NCBI RefSeq assembly: GCF_006345805.1 | Contig: NC_043007.1 | Span: forward strand, 20,646,001 to 20,710,000 | Direction of reading: 5' to 3' | DNA: 64,000 nt | Origin: Octopus sinensis | Taxonomy: Eukaryota | Shown: one piece after another, positions 50,201 to 62,418 of the stretch | Layout: each line of letters starts with the position of its first letter | How positions within the stretch are numbered: the stretch's first letter is position 1 | Position numbers and translations under genes: made by a program | Notes under the pieces: model-generated | The model's database searches: none | What the model was told of the DNA's origin: nothing | What the model saw: the letters and a program-made list of their open reading frames with translations, nothing else

Positions 50201-53171
50201 GTGCCAACATCTGAAGATGCGTTTCCAATGGCAACCGATGCAACTGGTGATATGTTTGCTGCACAACCGACAGACGTAACTATGACAACAATACCAACAA
50301 CAACAACAACATCAACAAAAGACAGTTCACTGCTGACAATGGAAGTAACAGATTTAGTAGCAAGTAGTGCAGAAACTGATACATCCCTGAAGAAGGCTAG
50401 CACTGATTTCTTAATCAGTGACGAAGCTTTCTCAACAACATTTGGTAGTCCGGTTTCTTCAAACACGACCGCTGAAATCCTTGCCCCAGATGTGTCACAT
50501 GCAAATAAACCTTTTTCACTCATTGATGACAGTTTTGCATCAGCATCACCAATGCTTGACGCTTCAGGAGAAAATGTGCATTCTTTAACTGATCCGTTTG
50601 CCGAGGAAATAAAACCAGCTTGCTTCTCAGATTCTGGTTTCCCTACAACAAACTCGGCTTTCCCTATGCTGGAACCATCTGCTGTGCCTACAACAGCACC
50701 TTTCTCAGATTCCTCATTTCCTATCTTGGCTCCACAAACAACTCCTGTTCCGAGTTCCTTTTCAGCAATGGATGCACAAGAAGTACCTGATATTTCCAAA
50801 TCAGAAATCAGTCAGATTAATCCTTTTGACAACATTGATCCGGAAACTTCTATCCACGTTAAAAATCCATTTTCAATGTTCGAGACTATTGAAGATGATT
50901 CGCCTTTTGGGCAGTCTGTTGATAACAAAGCTAATAATATGGGTGCATTAATACAACCAGAAATATCTGAAGATATTGCTTCTAAATTAAATGCTTTCCT
51001 ACAGCCTGAGATTACTCCTGATCCTGCTCCAGTCACCAGTAGCACTAACATTACTAGTTCATCTGGAGAGGGTGCAGATTCAAACGTTAGCTTATTTACA
51101 GAATCAAGTGCCAATCCGTTTGTAGATCAAAACGATACTCCAGCTGTTGCCAATGCCGAATTTTTTGATGAAGATTTCTTCAATACAAAAACTGCTGAGA
51201 AAATTGCTGAAGGGGATTCAGCGAAGAATGCTTGGGGGGCAATGGAAACTCTTGATAAGGATTCAGCTTTTAACCCTTTCCAAGATGATAACTTTGATGC
51301 TGAAAATATCCCCCAAAATGTTCTAGATGACATGGACAGTCAAGAACCGACAAATGAGCAGAAGAACCCATTTTTGTCTAGTGATTTTAATGCAACTGCT
51401 ATGATGGGAGAGACCACGATTAATCCATTTTTGAGTCAGGTAGAAGAACTTGAAAAAGCACAGAGTTCATTGTCAGACAATCTCAGTATTTTCCTAGGTA
51501 AAGGGGAAGATTTGCCAATCGATCCGACTGACTTGCCTATAGATGTTTTTGACCCTTTCAAAACCATTGAGCCTGATGATATTCCAGAAACATCAGGTGC
51601 CATGGCCGCCACCCATACAGCAGCTGTCGATTCAAGTGATGATGACAAAGAATCCCCTGATATGGATGATAATAAAGATGCTTTTAAACTGACCATACGA
51701 ATGAGGGAACCAGTTGAATCTGGGCCATCAGTTGCTCTACCGCCTCCTCCCAAAGTGCCCAAATCTCCGCAAATGGCACCACGTATAAACCCATTTGATC
51801 GAGATTCTCCACCGGAAGAAAACTTTGCAAAATTCGAAGTGATGGAGACTGAAGACAAAGTAAAGGAACCAAGAACTGAGACTCAGATGAGTGTTTCTAC
51901 GACAGAGAGTAGCACACCTGAAGAGGAAGAAAAACACCTTGAACCCCTTGAAAGTTTTAACCCGAAAATGGAAGAGGATGGATGGACATTAATGCTTCGA
52001 CAGCCAACGAAGAAGAAACTGACCGGTAACCGTTTCTGGAAGACAATTTATGTGAGATTGGTCCAACAAAATGACGGACCCGTTTTGAAACTGTTCAATA
52101 GCAAAGATGATAAAGATTCGTTTCAGGAGCTCCCGCTTCAGCCTTGTTACTCTTTGTCTGAAATAGCCCTACAACATTATGATCAATATGGAAAGATACA
52201 CACATTGAAAATTCAGTATGTTTTCTATCGTGAAAGAGTTGGAATTCGAACCGAAAAGATTACACCAACTTTCGTGAAGAACATGAAACCAAAAGCTAAC
52301 ATGATTTTAGATCATGCTCCGCAGATCTCAGAGCTTCTTAAATTTGGTTCACTAAGTGAACAGACAATTATCACCTTTGTACAAGAGGTGGAAGATGCAT
52401 TAATGGCAATTGTTGCTCACAGAGAAAAAACATTATCATATCAAAAAGACGAAGTTATTGTTGATGTAATTGATGAATACAGAGCAGAGATTAACACGGC
52501 AGGTCACATTGTCGCCCAGAAAGCCAGAGTAAGAATTTTTTGTTTATCGTTTGTAACAGGTATGCCATTTGTAGAACTAGGAGTAAACGACAAACGGCGC
52601 AAAGGGAGAGAAGTTGTTGGTCGACACGATATCATACCTATCAAAACAGAAGAATGGATCAAGCCGGAGAATATTCAGTTTCATTGTTCTGCGAAGCCAG
52701 AAGAATACGAAAAGGATGGAACCATTAAATTTCATCCACTGGATGCATGTCATTTTGAACTAATGAGGTTCCGTATTCGACTGAGAGACAATAAAGAGTT
52801 GCCTTTGATAGTGAGAGTGTTTCGAAGTATCAAAGAAAGACATGTTGAATACCGGTGTGACGTTGTGTGTACCGGTTACCATGCGTATAGTAAAAAACAT
52901 GGGCAATTTCCCTGTGAAGACATTGAAATAAGATTTCCAATTCCTGATTGCTGGATCTATCTATTTCGTTACGAAAAACGATTCGGCTATGGGTCCTTTA
53001 AATCAGCCACCAGAAAACCAGGGAAAATCAAAGGGCTAGAAAGGTTGACAATGATGACACAAAGTGGCACTAATCCAGCTCTTCTGGAAGCCTCTGTAGG
53101 CACAGCAAAATATGAAAACGTTTATCATGCAATTGTATGGCGGATTAGTAGATTACCAGAAAGAAATCAAG
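47237..53171 (+). CDS. stnB: Stoned/stonin family endocytic adaptor (Stoned-B / UNC-41 / stonin-2-like), giant coding exon, 3'-incomplete
   Basis: 1991-codon ORF. Polypyrimidine acceptor TTTCAG ends at 47216 and an in-frame gccATG lies at 47237 (the exon may be coding from 47217). About 20 DPF and 7 NPF motifs and a WxxF (WNAF). Stonin-homology domain from ~51977 (GWTLMLRQPTKKKLTGNRFWK) and mu-homology domain from ~52439 (EVVGRHDIIPIKTEEWI, KFHPLDACHFELMRFR, AKYENVYHAIVWRI). Donor CAAG|GTTAGT at 53171/53172 occurs before the MHD is complete, so the TAG at 53174 is intronic. Confidence 0.95.
48722..49225 (+). repeat. Coding 42-bp tandem repeat (12 units) in the stoned exon
   Basis: 14-aa units of the type SSTAEVTSATADLF / ..VDPF. 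Confidence 0.9.
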
Positions 53172-54299
53172 GTTAGTTTGATTTTTCAACAAATTTTAAT
53201 ATAACTCTCTTTAATTTTTATTTCAGCCTTAATTTCCTTTTATCTAACTCCAAAAATTGTAATTTCCTCTACATTGATTGCACACAATATGATATATTCT
53301 AAAATACTTCACCATTTCCCCAATTTCATGTCTATAACATTTTATGATTTGATAGGGAAATATATATATAGGATTATACATCAATCTTTATGGTTGTGTT
53401 GAATCAAATATTTATTCCTCTTAAACAATAAAATAACAAATGAAAGCTTCTGTTTATCAGTTTAGTTTCACAGTAACTTTCTCTCCACAGAAGGGAAACT
53501 TGAAAGCTGGTTGTTAAATGAGTTCACTTTTAACTTTATTTCAACCTTTATTGCTTCAATTCTATGTCAGGTTAATATCTTGAAAAGATGTGTTGATTAA
53601 AGTTTTACATGCAGGGCAAAATCGTTAGGTAATATGACTTAATGATGGAGAAAAACAGATTTTATTTGTTTGAAATGAATCACTAGCTATCAAACAGAAC
53701 AAATAAAAAAAACTCATTGTTCACACAGCTGATGATAAAAATAACATCAAAGCAGATGATGATGATGACGACGACAATGACGACCACCACCATGCCATGG
53801 AATATAGGCGGCGAGCTGGTAGAAACGTTAGCACGCCGGGCGAACTGCTTTGTGGTATTTCGTCTGCTGTTACATTCTGAGTTCAAATTCCACTGAGATC
53901 GACTTTGCCTTTCATCCTTTCGGGGTCGATTCAATAAGTACCAGTTACACACTGGGGGAGGGGCATGTAATCAACTTAATACCTTTGTCTGTCCTTGTTT
54001 GTCCCCTCTATGTTTAGCCCCTTGTGGGTAATAAAGAAATAGGAATATAGGTGTTCTCAAAAGCCACTATCAAAATCCGTGCTCTTAGCATCTCGCTTGT
54101 ACTATGCTTGAATTCTTATTCAAATCTAAATAATTCTTTGATCATTAACATATTTTAATGGTTCCAAAATAAGAGTTTTATTTCAAAACAAAGTATTGAA
54201 AGAAAAGAGAAAAATTAACTAGAAGAATTAATTAGAAGAATAAGTTAATTTTTTTTCAAAACTGATGATGTCTAAAGGAGGCAATTGTCATTTCTAGCT

Positions 54300-54472
54300 C
54301 TAACCCTTTGGCATTCAGATGACTCTAGTAAATCTACTGTTTATCTTTAATCATGCATTATCTCATAGCTTTCAGATTTTTAATGACATTGTAGGGTTAG
54401 TGTGAGAAGTTGATCATAAAACAGGCAGAATATTTGGGTTGAATATGGCCAGTTTAAGTGCTAAAGGGTCAA
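54300..54472. mobile_element. piggyBac-type MITE, second family
   Basis: TAACCCTTTGGCATT ... TGCTAAAGGGTCAA termini. A diverged TTAA-flanked MITE also lies at ~61573-61800. Confidence 0.55.
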
Positions 54473-55199
54473 TGTACTTTGGGTTTTGAAGATATTGAAG
54501 CCCTATCAATCATTAGCTGTACCTTGATATAGATTCTCTTTACTCCTATCTTGAAACATCCAAACCAATACATAATGTTTCCATGTGAAATAGTATGTCA
54601 TTTTTATCAATATATTTGTTGGCCATACTGAGGCCTATGTTTTCATTCAGTCCAAACGTGGCCGTTGCCAGTGCTGCCCTGACTGGCCTCTGTGCCAGTG
54701 ACACGTAAAAAGCATCATCCGATTGTGGCCGTTGCCAGCCTTGTCTGGCCCCCGTGCCGGTGGCACGTAAAAAGCACCATCCGATCATGGCCATTTGCCA
54801 GCCTCGTCTGGCACCTGTGCAGGTGGCACATAAAAAGCACCCACTACACTCTCGGAGTGGTTGGCATTAGAAAGGGCATCCAGCTGTAGGAACACTGTCA
54901 GATCAGACTGGGCCTGATGCAGCCTCCTGGCTTCCCAGACCCCAGTTGAACCGTCCAACCCATGCTAGCATGGCAAACGGACATTAAACGATAATGATGT
55001 TGATGATGATGATTTACTGGGCCAAACTATGATCTATGCCACTGTTACTTCAAAAGCTGTATCATGTCATTTAACTCACCAAAGAGCAACTCACACTTTT
55101 CATTTTCTTCAACAATTTCCACTTCAAACTTGAGTTAACCTCCATCATCTCTAATACATTCGTCAACTTTTTTGACATCTGTCTCCATCAACACCTTTC

Positions 55200-55492
55200 A
55201 GCTCTCCACATCACTCTGCTACTTCATGCTAAGAGTTGCTGAAGCATGGAACAAACTGCCGGCATCAGTTGTTAGTTGTCGGAGTACTGCGTCCTTCAAA
55301 ACTTCCATGCTTCCTGAGATTCACCAACACTACACCTGATTTTCTCCCCTCTATACACACCCAAGCATATATCTGACTCATACTTCCCTGACATTTGTAC
55401 ATTACTGCATATGCTTTATACGCACTTTTGACAAGTTGTGGTGCACCTGAGCACTGAATACAATAATTTCATTGTTGTTATTATTATTATTA
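55200..55492 (+). mobile_element. CR1/L2-type LINE 3' end
   Basis: RVAEAWNKLPASVVSCRSTASFK.. followed by a stop, a 3'UTR and a (TTA)n tail. Confidence 0.7.
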
Positions 55493-57665
55493 ACAGATTC
55501 TCATCCCTACCTCAACTTTCCTTTCTCAAATCCCATTCATACCAAATTTGCCATCTCATAATTCCTTTGACTCTGCTGGTTCTTCTTGTTTGTATGTCTG
55601 TTTGTTCGTTGAGCTCCGTGGTCTTCGTCCCAGAGCTCACAAGATCGCGCCTCAGGATTGTCTGTAGTGGGAGAAGTCTGAAACGTGATCCTTTGCTATT
55701 CGTAAGATCCGCAGAAGAGAAAGCAGGTCAACCCCTGACACCGAGAGCATCGACGGATGGATGAATGCGCATCCAGGCTCAGCGGTTGCATAGGAAGTCG
55801 GGGACCAGAAACAGGAAAAAAGAGTGAGAGAAAGTTGGAGCAAAAGAGTACAACAGGGGTCGCCCCCCCCCTGCCGGAGCCTCTTAGAGCTTTAGGTGTT
55901 TTCACTCAATAAACACACACAACGCCTGGTCTGGGAATCGAAACTGCGATCCTCTGACCACGAGTCCGCTGCCCTAACCACTGGCCCATTGTGCCTCCAC
56001 TGCTGATTCTGCCATGACAGTGTCAATTCTCCTTCCCAGTCAATGCATGACTTTTATTCTTTTCATGCAAATACTCCAAACCCCTTCATGAACGCTGAGC
56101 CCAATCCATCAGCCACAGTTCAACATACTCTCATCCTCCTGGAATCTGAGTTCTCTTCTCCCTCATTTGCCACCCTGTCACTCAGCTGCTTTAATACCCC
56201 TTCCTTTTCACTTTCAACCTGCAACTACTCCTATCTTTTCTGGGCCTCCGTTCTTATCCTTGTGGAGGCACATGGCCTAGTGGTTAGAGCAGCGGATTTG
56301 CAGTCGAGGGATCATGGGTTCGAATCTCAGACTGGGCGATGTGTGTGTTTATGAGCTCCACGCAGCTCCAACAGAAGGTAATGGCGAACTTCTGCTGACT
56401 CTTTCACCACAACTTAAAAGAAGACAGCGAGCTGGCAGAAACATTAGCATGCTGGACGAAATGCTTAGCGGTATTTCGTCTGCTGCTATGTTCTGAGTTC
56501 AAATTCCACTGAGGTCGACTTTACCTTTTATCCTTTCGGGGTCGATTAAATAAATACCAGTTACGCACTGGGGTCGATATAATCGACTTAATCCGTTTGT
56601 CTGTCCTTGTTTGTCCCCTCTGTGTGTAGCCCCTTGTGGGCAGTAAAGAAATAAGAAGGTAATGGCAAACTTCTGCTGACTCTTTCGCCACAACTTTCTC
56701 TCACTCTTTCCTCCTGCATCTTGCAGCTCACCTGCGACGGACTGGTGTCCCATCCAAGTGGGGAACCTATACACCAAGGAAACTGGGAAACCGGCCCTTG
56801 TGAACAAGGCATGGCTTGAGAAGGAACAAATAATTCTTATCCTTGCAATGAGATCAATAAACTGTGCAGTCTTTCAGTTGGGAATTTCTTTTCTAAATGC
56901 ACCCAATCTGACACATTCAGGGGCTCTCAACCTCAATGCTTTACTTGTCCCTTCATTTTTTATACAGCCACTCCAGAGGACCCCATGTTTAGTATGAATG
57001 TGATCAACCACTTTGACTGCACGCCCTTGAGCCTAATATACAGCACAACATGCAAACTCTTTGGTGCATTATTTCATAGAGGAAATACATTACCATTTGG
57101 GAAATAGGTTTTATGAGCATTTACTGGACACTTATAATAATACTCAGTGAGTTCTCAAACCCATATCCTGACATTCTAATCTGTTCAGTCACTCCTTACA
57201 CTATCTCACAGGCTACGATGTTGTTCAATATCTTGATTCTAATGAGATCTGCAAACACAAGAGTAATGTCTTATCTTCTACCTGGGCACTTTTGTACTAC
57301 AGGGCCTTAATACACACCTCAAGTTCCTCTTATGCTGCCTCACATCTTCAATGCTATCAACTTCTAAAGATGTTATTGTTTGGTATATATTTTGTTAGTG
57401 TTTTGTTATGTATGTGTGTCTATTGGTATATGTAAACATAAATACTATATGGCTGTATATGTTGTCTGCATACATTGCATATAGGATTCTAAGTACTATG
57501 TGAAATGTATGCACAGTGTATATAGATGGATTGTGAATGTCTACTTTTTTATTTAATATATTTACCTTTTGTTCTCTTCTCCGTCTCCTACCACAGACTA
57601 CTTTACACTTCTGTTCATCCTTAATGACCACATTTTAAACATTAACTATTAACTTCTTATAACTC

Positions 57666-57669
<4 letters not shown>

Positions 57670-57706
<37 letters not shown>

Positions 57707-58400
57707 GTTTAATGTCTGCTTTCCATGCTGGCATGGGCTGGACGGTTTGACTTACAGCTGGCAAGCCAGAAGGCTGCACCAGGCTCCAATCTGATCTAGC
57801 AAAGTTTCTACAGCTGGATGTGCTACCTAATGCCAACAACTCTGAGAGTGTGGCAGGTGCTTTTTATGTGCCACCAGCACAAAGGCCAGTCAGGCAGCAC
57901 TGGCAACAACCACACTTGAATGGTGCTTTTTACCTGCTACCAACATGGGACCAGTCAGCTGGCACTGGCAACGACCACACTTGGATGGTGCTTTTTACGT
58001 GCCACTGGCATGGGTGCCAATCAGGTGATACTGTCATCAGCCACTACAACAACTTCACTTGCCTCAACAGGTCTTCGCAAGTACAGTTTATTGCCCAATG
58101 ATTGAAGGGTACTCTTGAATGGACTGGTTATGCTGCACTGGCATAGGCCACAGATACAGTCTCACTTGGCTTGCCAGGTCTTCTCAAGCACAGCATATCT
58201 CCAAAAGTCTCAGTCACTTAATATCACCTCATCGAGGCTCAATGTTTGAAGGTTGTGCTTCATCACCTGGTCCCAGGTCTTCCTGGGTCTACCTCTTCCA
58301 CTGGTTCCCTCTACTGCTAGGGTGTAACACTTTTTCACACAACTGTCCTCATCTATACACAAAACATGACCATACCAGATCGGTCGTCCCTCTTGCCCAC
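57670..58400 (-). mobile_element. RTE LINE 3' end: ORF C-terminus, 3'UTR and (GAT)n tail
   Basis: WYGHVLCIDEDSCVKKCYTLAVEGTSGRGRPRKTWDQV, then the same UTR and a (GAT)n tail. Confidence 0.85.
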
Positions 58401-58811
58401 CACATCTGTTCCCTCTGTCCACTCAATATTATTCTCAATACTCTGTAAGGCCCCGGTGCTTCCCCTAATTCCTAATCCCTTCCTCTTTCCACCTACCTTC
58501 TTCCAATCGGTGTCATTGAGCATGTGTCCTTCAGTCCAACCCCTTTCTTTTGCTCTGCTTTACGTCATAGGACCTGGTCCCCACCACTTACTTTCCATTT
58601 TAACTGCTACAAATTGTGGGACCCATCTGCTGCAAACCCCCTCACTGGTCAGCTCACACACTACTCACACCATCTCACCCTGCATTCCTCCACCCCCACC
58701 CCCCTCATCAATTGAAATTATTGGAAATGGCTTAAAGTGAATATTTTAATGTCATAATGATGCTTTTACTCTAGTATATGTTGAGCATTGAAATATAATT
58801 TTAAAAATTGA

Positions 58812-59051
58812 ATTCCATCCATCCATCCATCCATCCATCCATCCACCCACCCATCCACCCATCCATCCATCCATCCATCCATCCACCCACCCATCCACCC
58901 ATCCATCCATCCATCATCCATCCATCCACCCACCCATCCACCCATCCATCCATCCATCCATCCATCCATCCACCCACCCATCCACCCATCCATCCATCCA
59001 TCCATCCATCCATCCATCCATCCATCCATCTATCCATCCATCCATCCATCC

Positions 59052-59149
<98 letters not shown>

Positions 59150-59150
59150 C

Positions 59151-59202
<52 letters not shown>

Positions 59203-59431
59203 GCCTGTCTGTCTGTCTATCTATCATCATCAATATCATCACCACTGCTGCCATCACTACCACCAGAGATATTGTTGGAATAAAACTTTGTAAATCATCT
59301 GAATCCCTGTGGTGTTGGTGGTGGTGGTGATGGTGGTGATGGTGGTGGTGGTGGTGATAGTGATGATGATGATGATGATAGATTGACCGATAGATAGATA
59401 GCAATAGATAGTGATAGATCGATAGATAGAC

Positions 59432-59489
<58 letters not shown>

Positions 59490-59526
59490 CGTTAAATAGA
59501 TAGATAGATAGATAGATAGATAGATG

Positions 59527-59564
<38 letters not shown>

Positions 59565-59585
59565 TAGACAGACAGACAGACAGAA
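58812..59585. repeat. Compound (TCCA)n/(TCTA)n and (GAT)n/(GATA)n microsatellite cluster
   Basis: Tetranucleotide tracts read directly. Extensive (TA)n, (TG)n and (TACA)n tracts also occur throughout, e.g. 15055-15460, 16095-16560, 30860-31340. Confidence 0.95.
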
Positions 59586-60132
59586 TTAATTTTGTTTGAA
59601 ATTATATTTCAGTGCTCAAAGCTATACCAGGGTAAAAGTACCATACCCTGAAAATATTAATTTATTCAAAACATTTCCGACAGTCATAAAAATTACAGAT
59701 ACAGAAAGCTATTTTTGGTTTATATAAAGTTCTATATTTTTGTTTTATGAAAACGTTCACTATATTTCTGAAACTATTCTCATCTTTATCTGTTTCCTTT
59801 GCTAAGATGCAGAGCTTAAATATAGACTTCTGTGAGAAGTATCATTCTCACACTACTGGTTTAAATTCAATCATTTCCTGCTTAAATGAGAATTATTTTT
59901 GTTTTTATCAAAAGTATCTTGGTTCTTCTCAAAATTCTTTACATCAAAGGCATTCTTCAGTTACCAAGGATTAAGTTATATAAGTCTATAAGCGTTCATA
60001 TCAGTTTGAACAGCTTAACCTCACAACTTTATCTCTGTTGTGCTATTTTGATACCGTTTTGATTCTGTTTATCACTGTTATGTAACAACCAGACTTCCCT
60101 TTGAAGTTTGAATAAGCATTTATATATATACA

Positions 60133-60430
60133 CTAGCAGTATCGCCCGGCGTTGCTCGGGTTTGTAAGGGAAATAACTATATAAGCATTTTTAGAGAGTT
60201 ACTTCCCTTATATAATAGCAAAAAAATGCATTAAAATGGGAAAAAATGATGGTAAATTTTTTTTTTAATCGTAGACACATCGTAGACGCGCGCTAATACC
60301 CAGAAGGGCTCGATATGAATCACGACTATAAGATACTCGCTTTTGGTTAAACTGCACTGCAAAATGTGGGAGTAGTTAGGAATCTAAATCGTAGGAGACA
60401 GACACACAACTTCACTTTTATATATAAAGA
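60133..60430 (-). mobile_element. Non-autonomous Helitron, second subfamily
   Basis: Same termini (TCTTTATATATAAAAG; CCCGAGCAACGCCGGGCGATACTGCTAG|T) but a different interior. Confidence 0.7.
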
Positions 60431-60624
60431 TTTTCCACCATGTGGCGTTCAAGACATTTGGTGCGGTCGGACCACTGACTGTGAGATCCCTGTCTTCACT
60501 GGCAGCTCGCCTAGCAGAGGTAACTGGTGAAGCTCATGAGGGTTCTTGGTTGTTCCAGAGCATCAGCCTCACCATCACCTGCAGCAATGCTGCAAGTGTG
60601 CTGGCTTACCTCAAAAGTCATTAG
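60431..60624 (+). pseudogene. CRE-like (restriction-like endonuclease) non-LTR retrotransposon C-terminal fragment
   Basis: FKTFGAVGP..LAARLAEVTGEAHEGSWLFQSISLTITCSNAASVL resembles the ET.G.WG..RL...TG..E..WL.Q.IS..IQRGNAA.V pattern. Confidence 0.6.
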
Positions 60625-62192
60625 GGAAGTTTCCCAGCACCCCAAAATTTTCAACCTTAAGTGGTGGATTGTTTTTGGTTTTTTTTCTGTTTTTTTTCTT
60701 CTCACTCTTGTGTGTATAGTTGAGTTTTATACAGCTGTTATAAAAATAACCAGTTTTCACCTTGCTAAAAATAATAATACTAGAAAGTCTGAATTTTAAA
60801 ATCAAATTCGATGACTGACATCCATGCTAATGGAGCGCTAAGAGTACCATACAAGCATGATTGTTGCCAAAGCAACAAGCTGGCCTCCATGCCGGTGGCA
60901 CGTAAAGAACACCATTCGATCAGTTTCTTTTGTAAAACAGGAGGATTTGCACTTGTGCCGGTGGCACGTGAAAAAACATTCAAGCAAGATCATTGCCAGT
61001 GCCGCTCGACTGGTTCCTGTGCAGGTGGCACATAAAAAGCACCATTTGAGCGTGGCTGTTACCAGTACCACCTGACTGGCCCTCATGCCGGTGGCACATA
61101 AAATCGCCCACTACACTCTCGGAGTGGTTGGTGTTAGGAAGGGCATCCAGCTGTAGAAACTCTGCCAGATCAGATTGGAGCCTGGTGCAGCCATCTGGTT
61201 CACCAGACCTCAGTCAAATCGTCCAACCATGCTAGCATGGAAAGCGGACGTTAAACAATGATGTTGATAATGATGATGATGAACAGGTTCAGGGCATTTT
61301 TCCCCCTATTGTAATATACTATTACTTTTGGTCAGTTAAAAGACAAAAATTGTAGAATGTTTGATGGAAAGTATACTATTTTGTTTCATTCCTCCATATT
61401 CTGAAACGAAATTCCCAGAATTGACTCCGTCTATCATCCATCCAGAGTTCAGAAAAACTAAATAAATATAATGTCCTGGAGTTGATGTAATCATATATTC
61501 CACTTTTTGGCAAAACGTAACTTCTGTCCCTTATCCAACATTTTGTTTTTATATTTTGAAATTTTTATATTCTTAACCTTTTTGTCACTAAATCTCTACT
61601 GAAATACACTGCCTTTGTTTCCATTTTGAAAATAATAAAGAATTTAATAAAATAACCTTGTCATTATTAAGCTGGTGTTTGGAACAAATTTACATGAATT
61701 TTTTTGGTAGGTTTTAATTTAAATTGTTTTAAATCATGAAATTTGTATCGTAGGACCAAGGGGCAGTTTTAGTTGTTGTTTTGGTATCAAACAGTTTAAA
61801 TGTTGTGCTAATGTTGTGCTAATTGTTTTATGATTCTTAAGGCAGCTTCTCATTAGATTTTTTTTTTTTTTTTCGTTTTCTTTTGTAACTCTCAATATTC
61901 TAAGTGGTTACTCAAGATCTGTTTTATGGCTGATAGCTTCCTGGCTTTATTAGAAATGATTCCCCTACCCCACAAAAAAAAAAAATGAAATGATAAAAGA
62001 AAAATTTCATTACAAGAAAAAATTCCTGACAATTCAATCACCAATTTCTTTAATGAAAAAGGCGAGGGGGTGGGGTGGGGGACTAACTAACTTTTGGTAT
62101 ATTTTATTTTTGAGAATTGAGAAAAATAAATTACTTTTCATTTTTGGATTTGGTTTGCAAGATTCTTTATATGAGTTCGTGTGTTGAAGCAT

Positions 62193-62418
62193 ATTCTGTT
62201 GTGTCTGGGGAGAGTCATTTTCTTTTTGTGCCTTATTATTTAACACACTAACCAGTAAAATTTCCACTTATTTCTTATTTTTATTTTCCTAAAAAAGGTT
62301 GCAAGACGCAACGAAAATTTTAGGAAAATAAAAATAAGAAATAAGTGGAAATTTTACCGGTGAGTGTGTTAAATAATAAGGCACAAAAAAAAATGATTCT
62401 CCCCAGACACAACAGAAT
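62193..62418. repeat. Near-perfect inverted repeat (~100-bp arms, ~23-nt loop)
   Basis: Arms 62193-62294 and 62318-62418. The left side is part of a repeat also present at ~46925-47070. Confidence 0.9.

Noticed and set aside
48457-51858. Antisense ORFs of 100-304 aa opposite the stoned exon
   Set aside because: Shadow ORFs caused by codon bias and the coding repeat.
47201-53176. Taking the ORF-track limits (TTG start, TAG stop) as the true CDS
   Set aside because: The TTG lies in the polypyrimidine tract upstream of the acceptor, and the TAG lies inside the GTTAGT donor.
56880-57350. Possible decayed LINE endonuclease sequence
   Set aside because: Only faint motif hints in broken frames; not supportable without an alignment.
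58766-59293. WMDG / HPSI repeat ORFs
   Set aside because: Translations of (TCCA)n and (TCTA)n.
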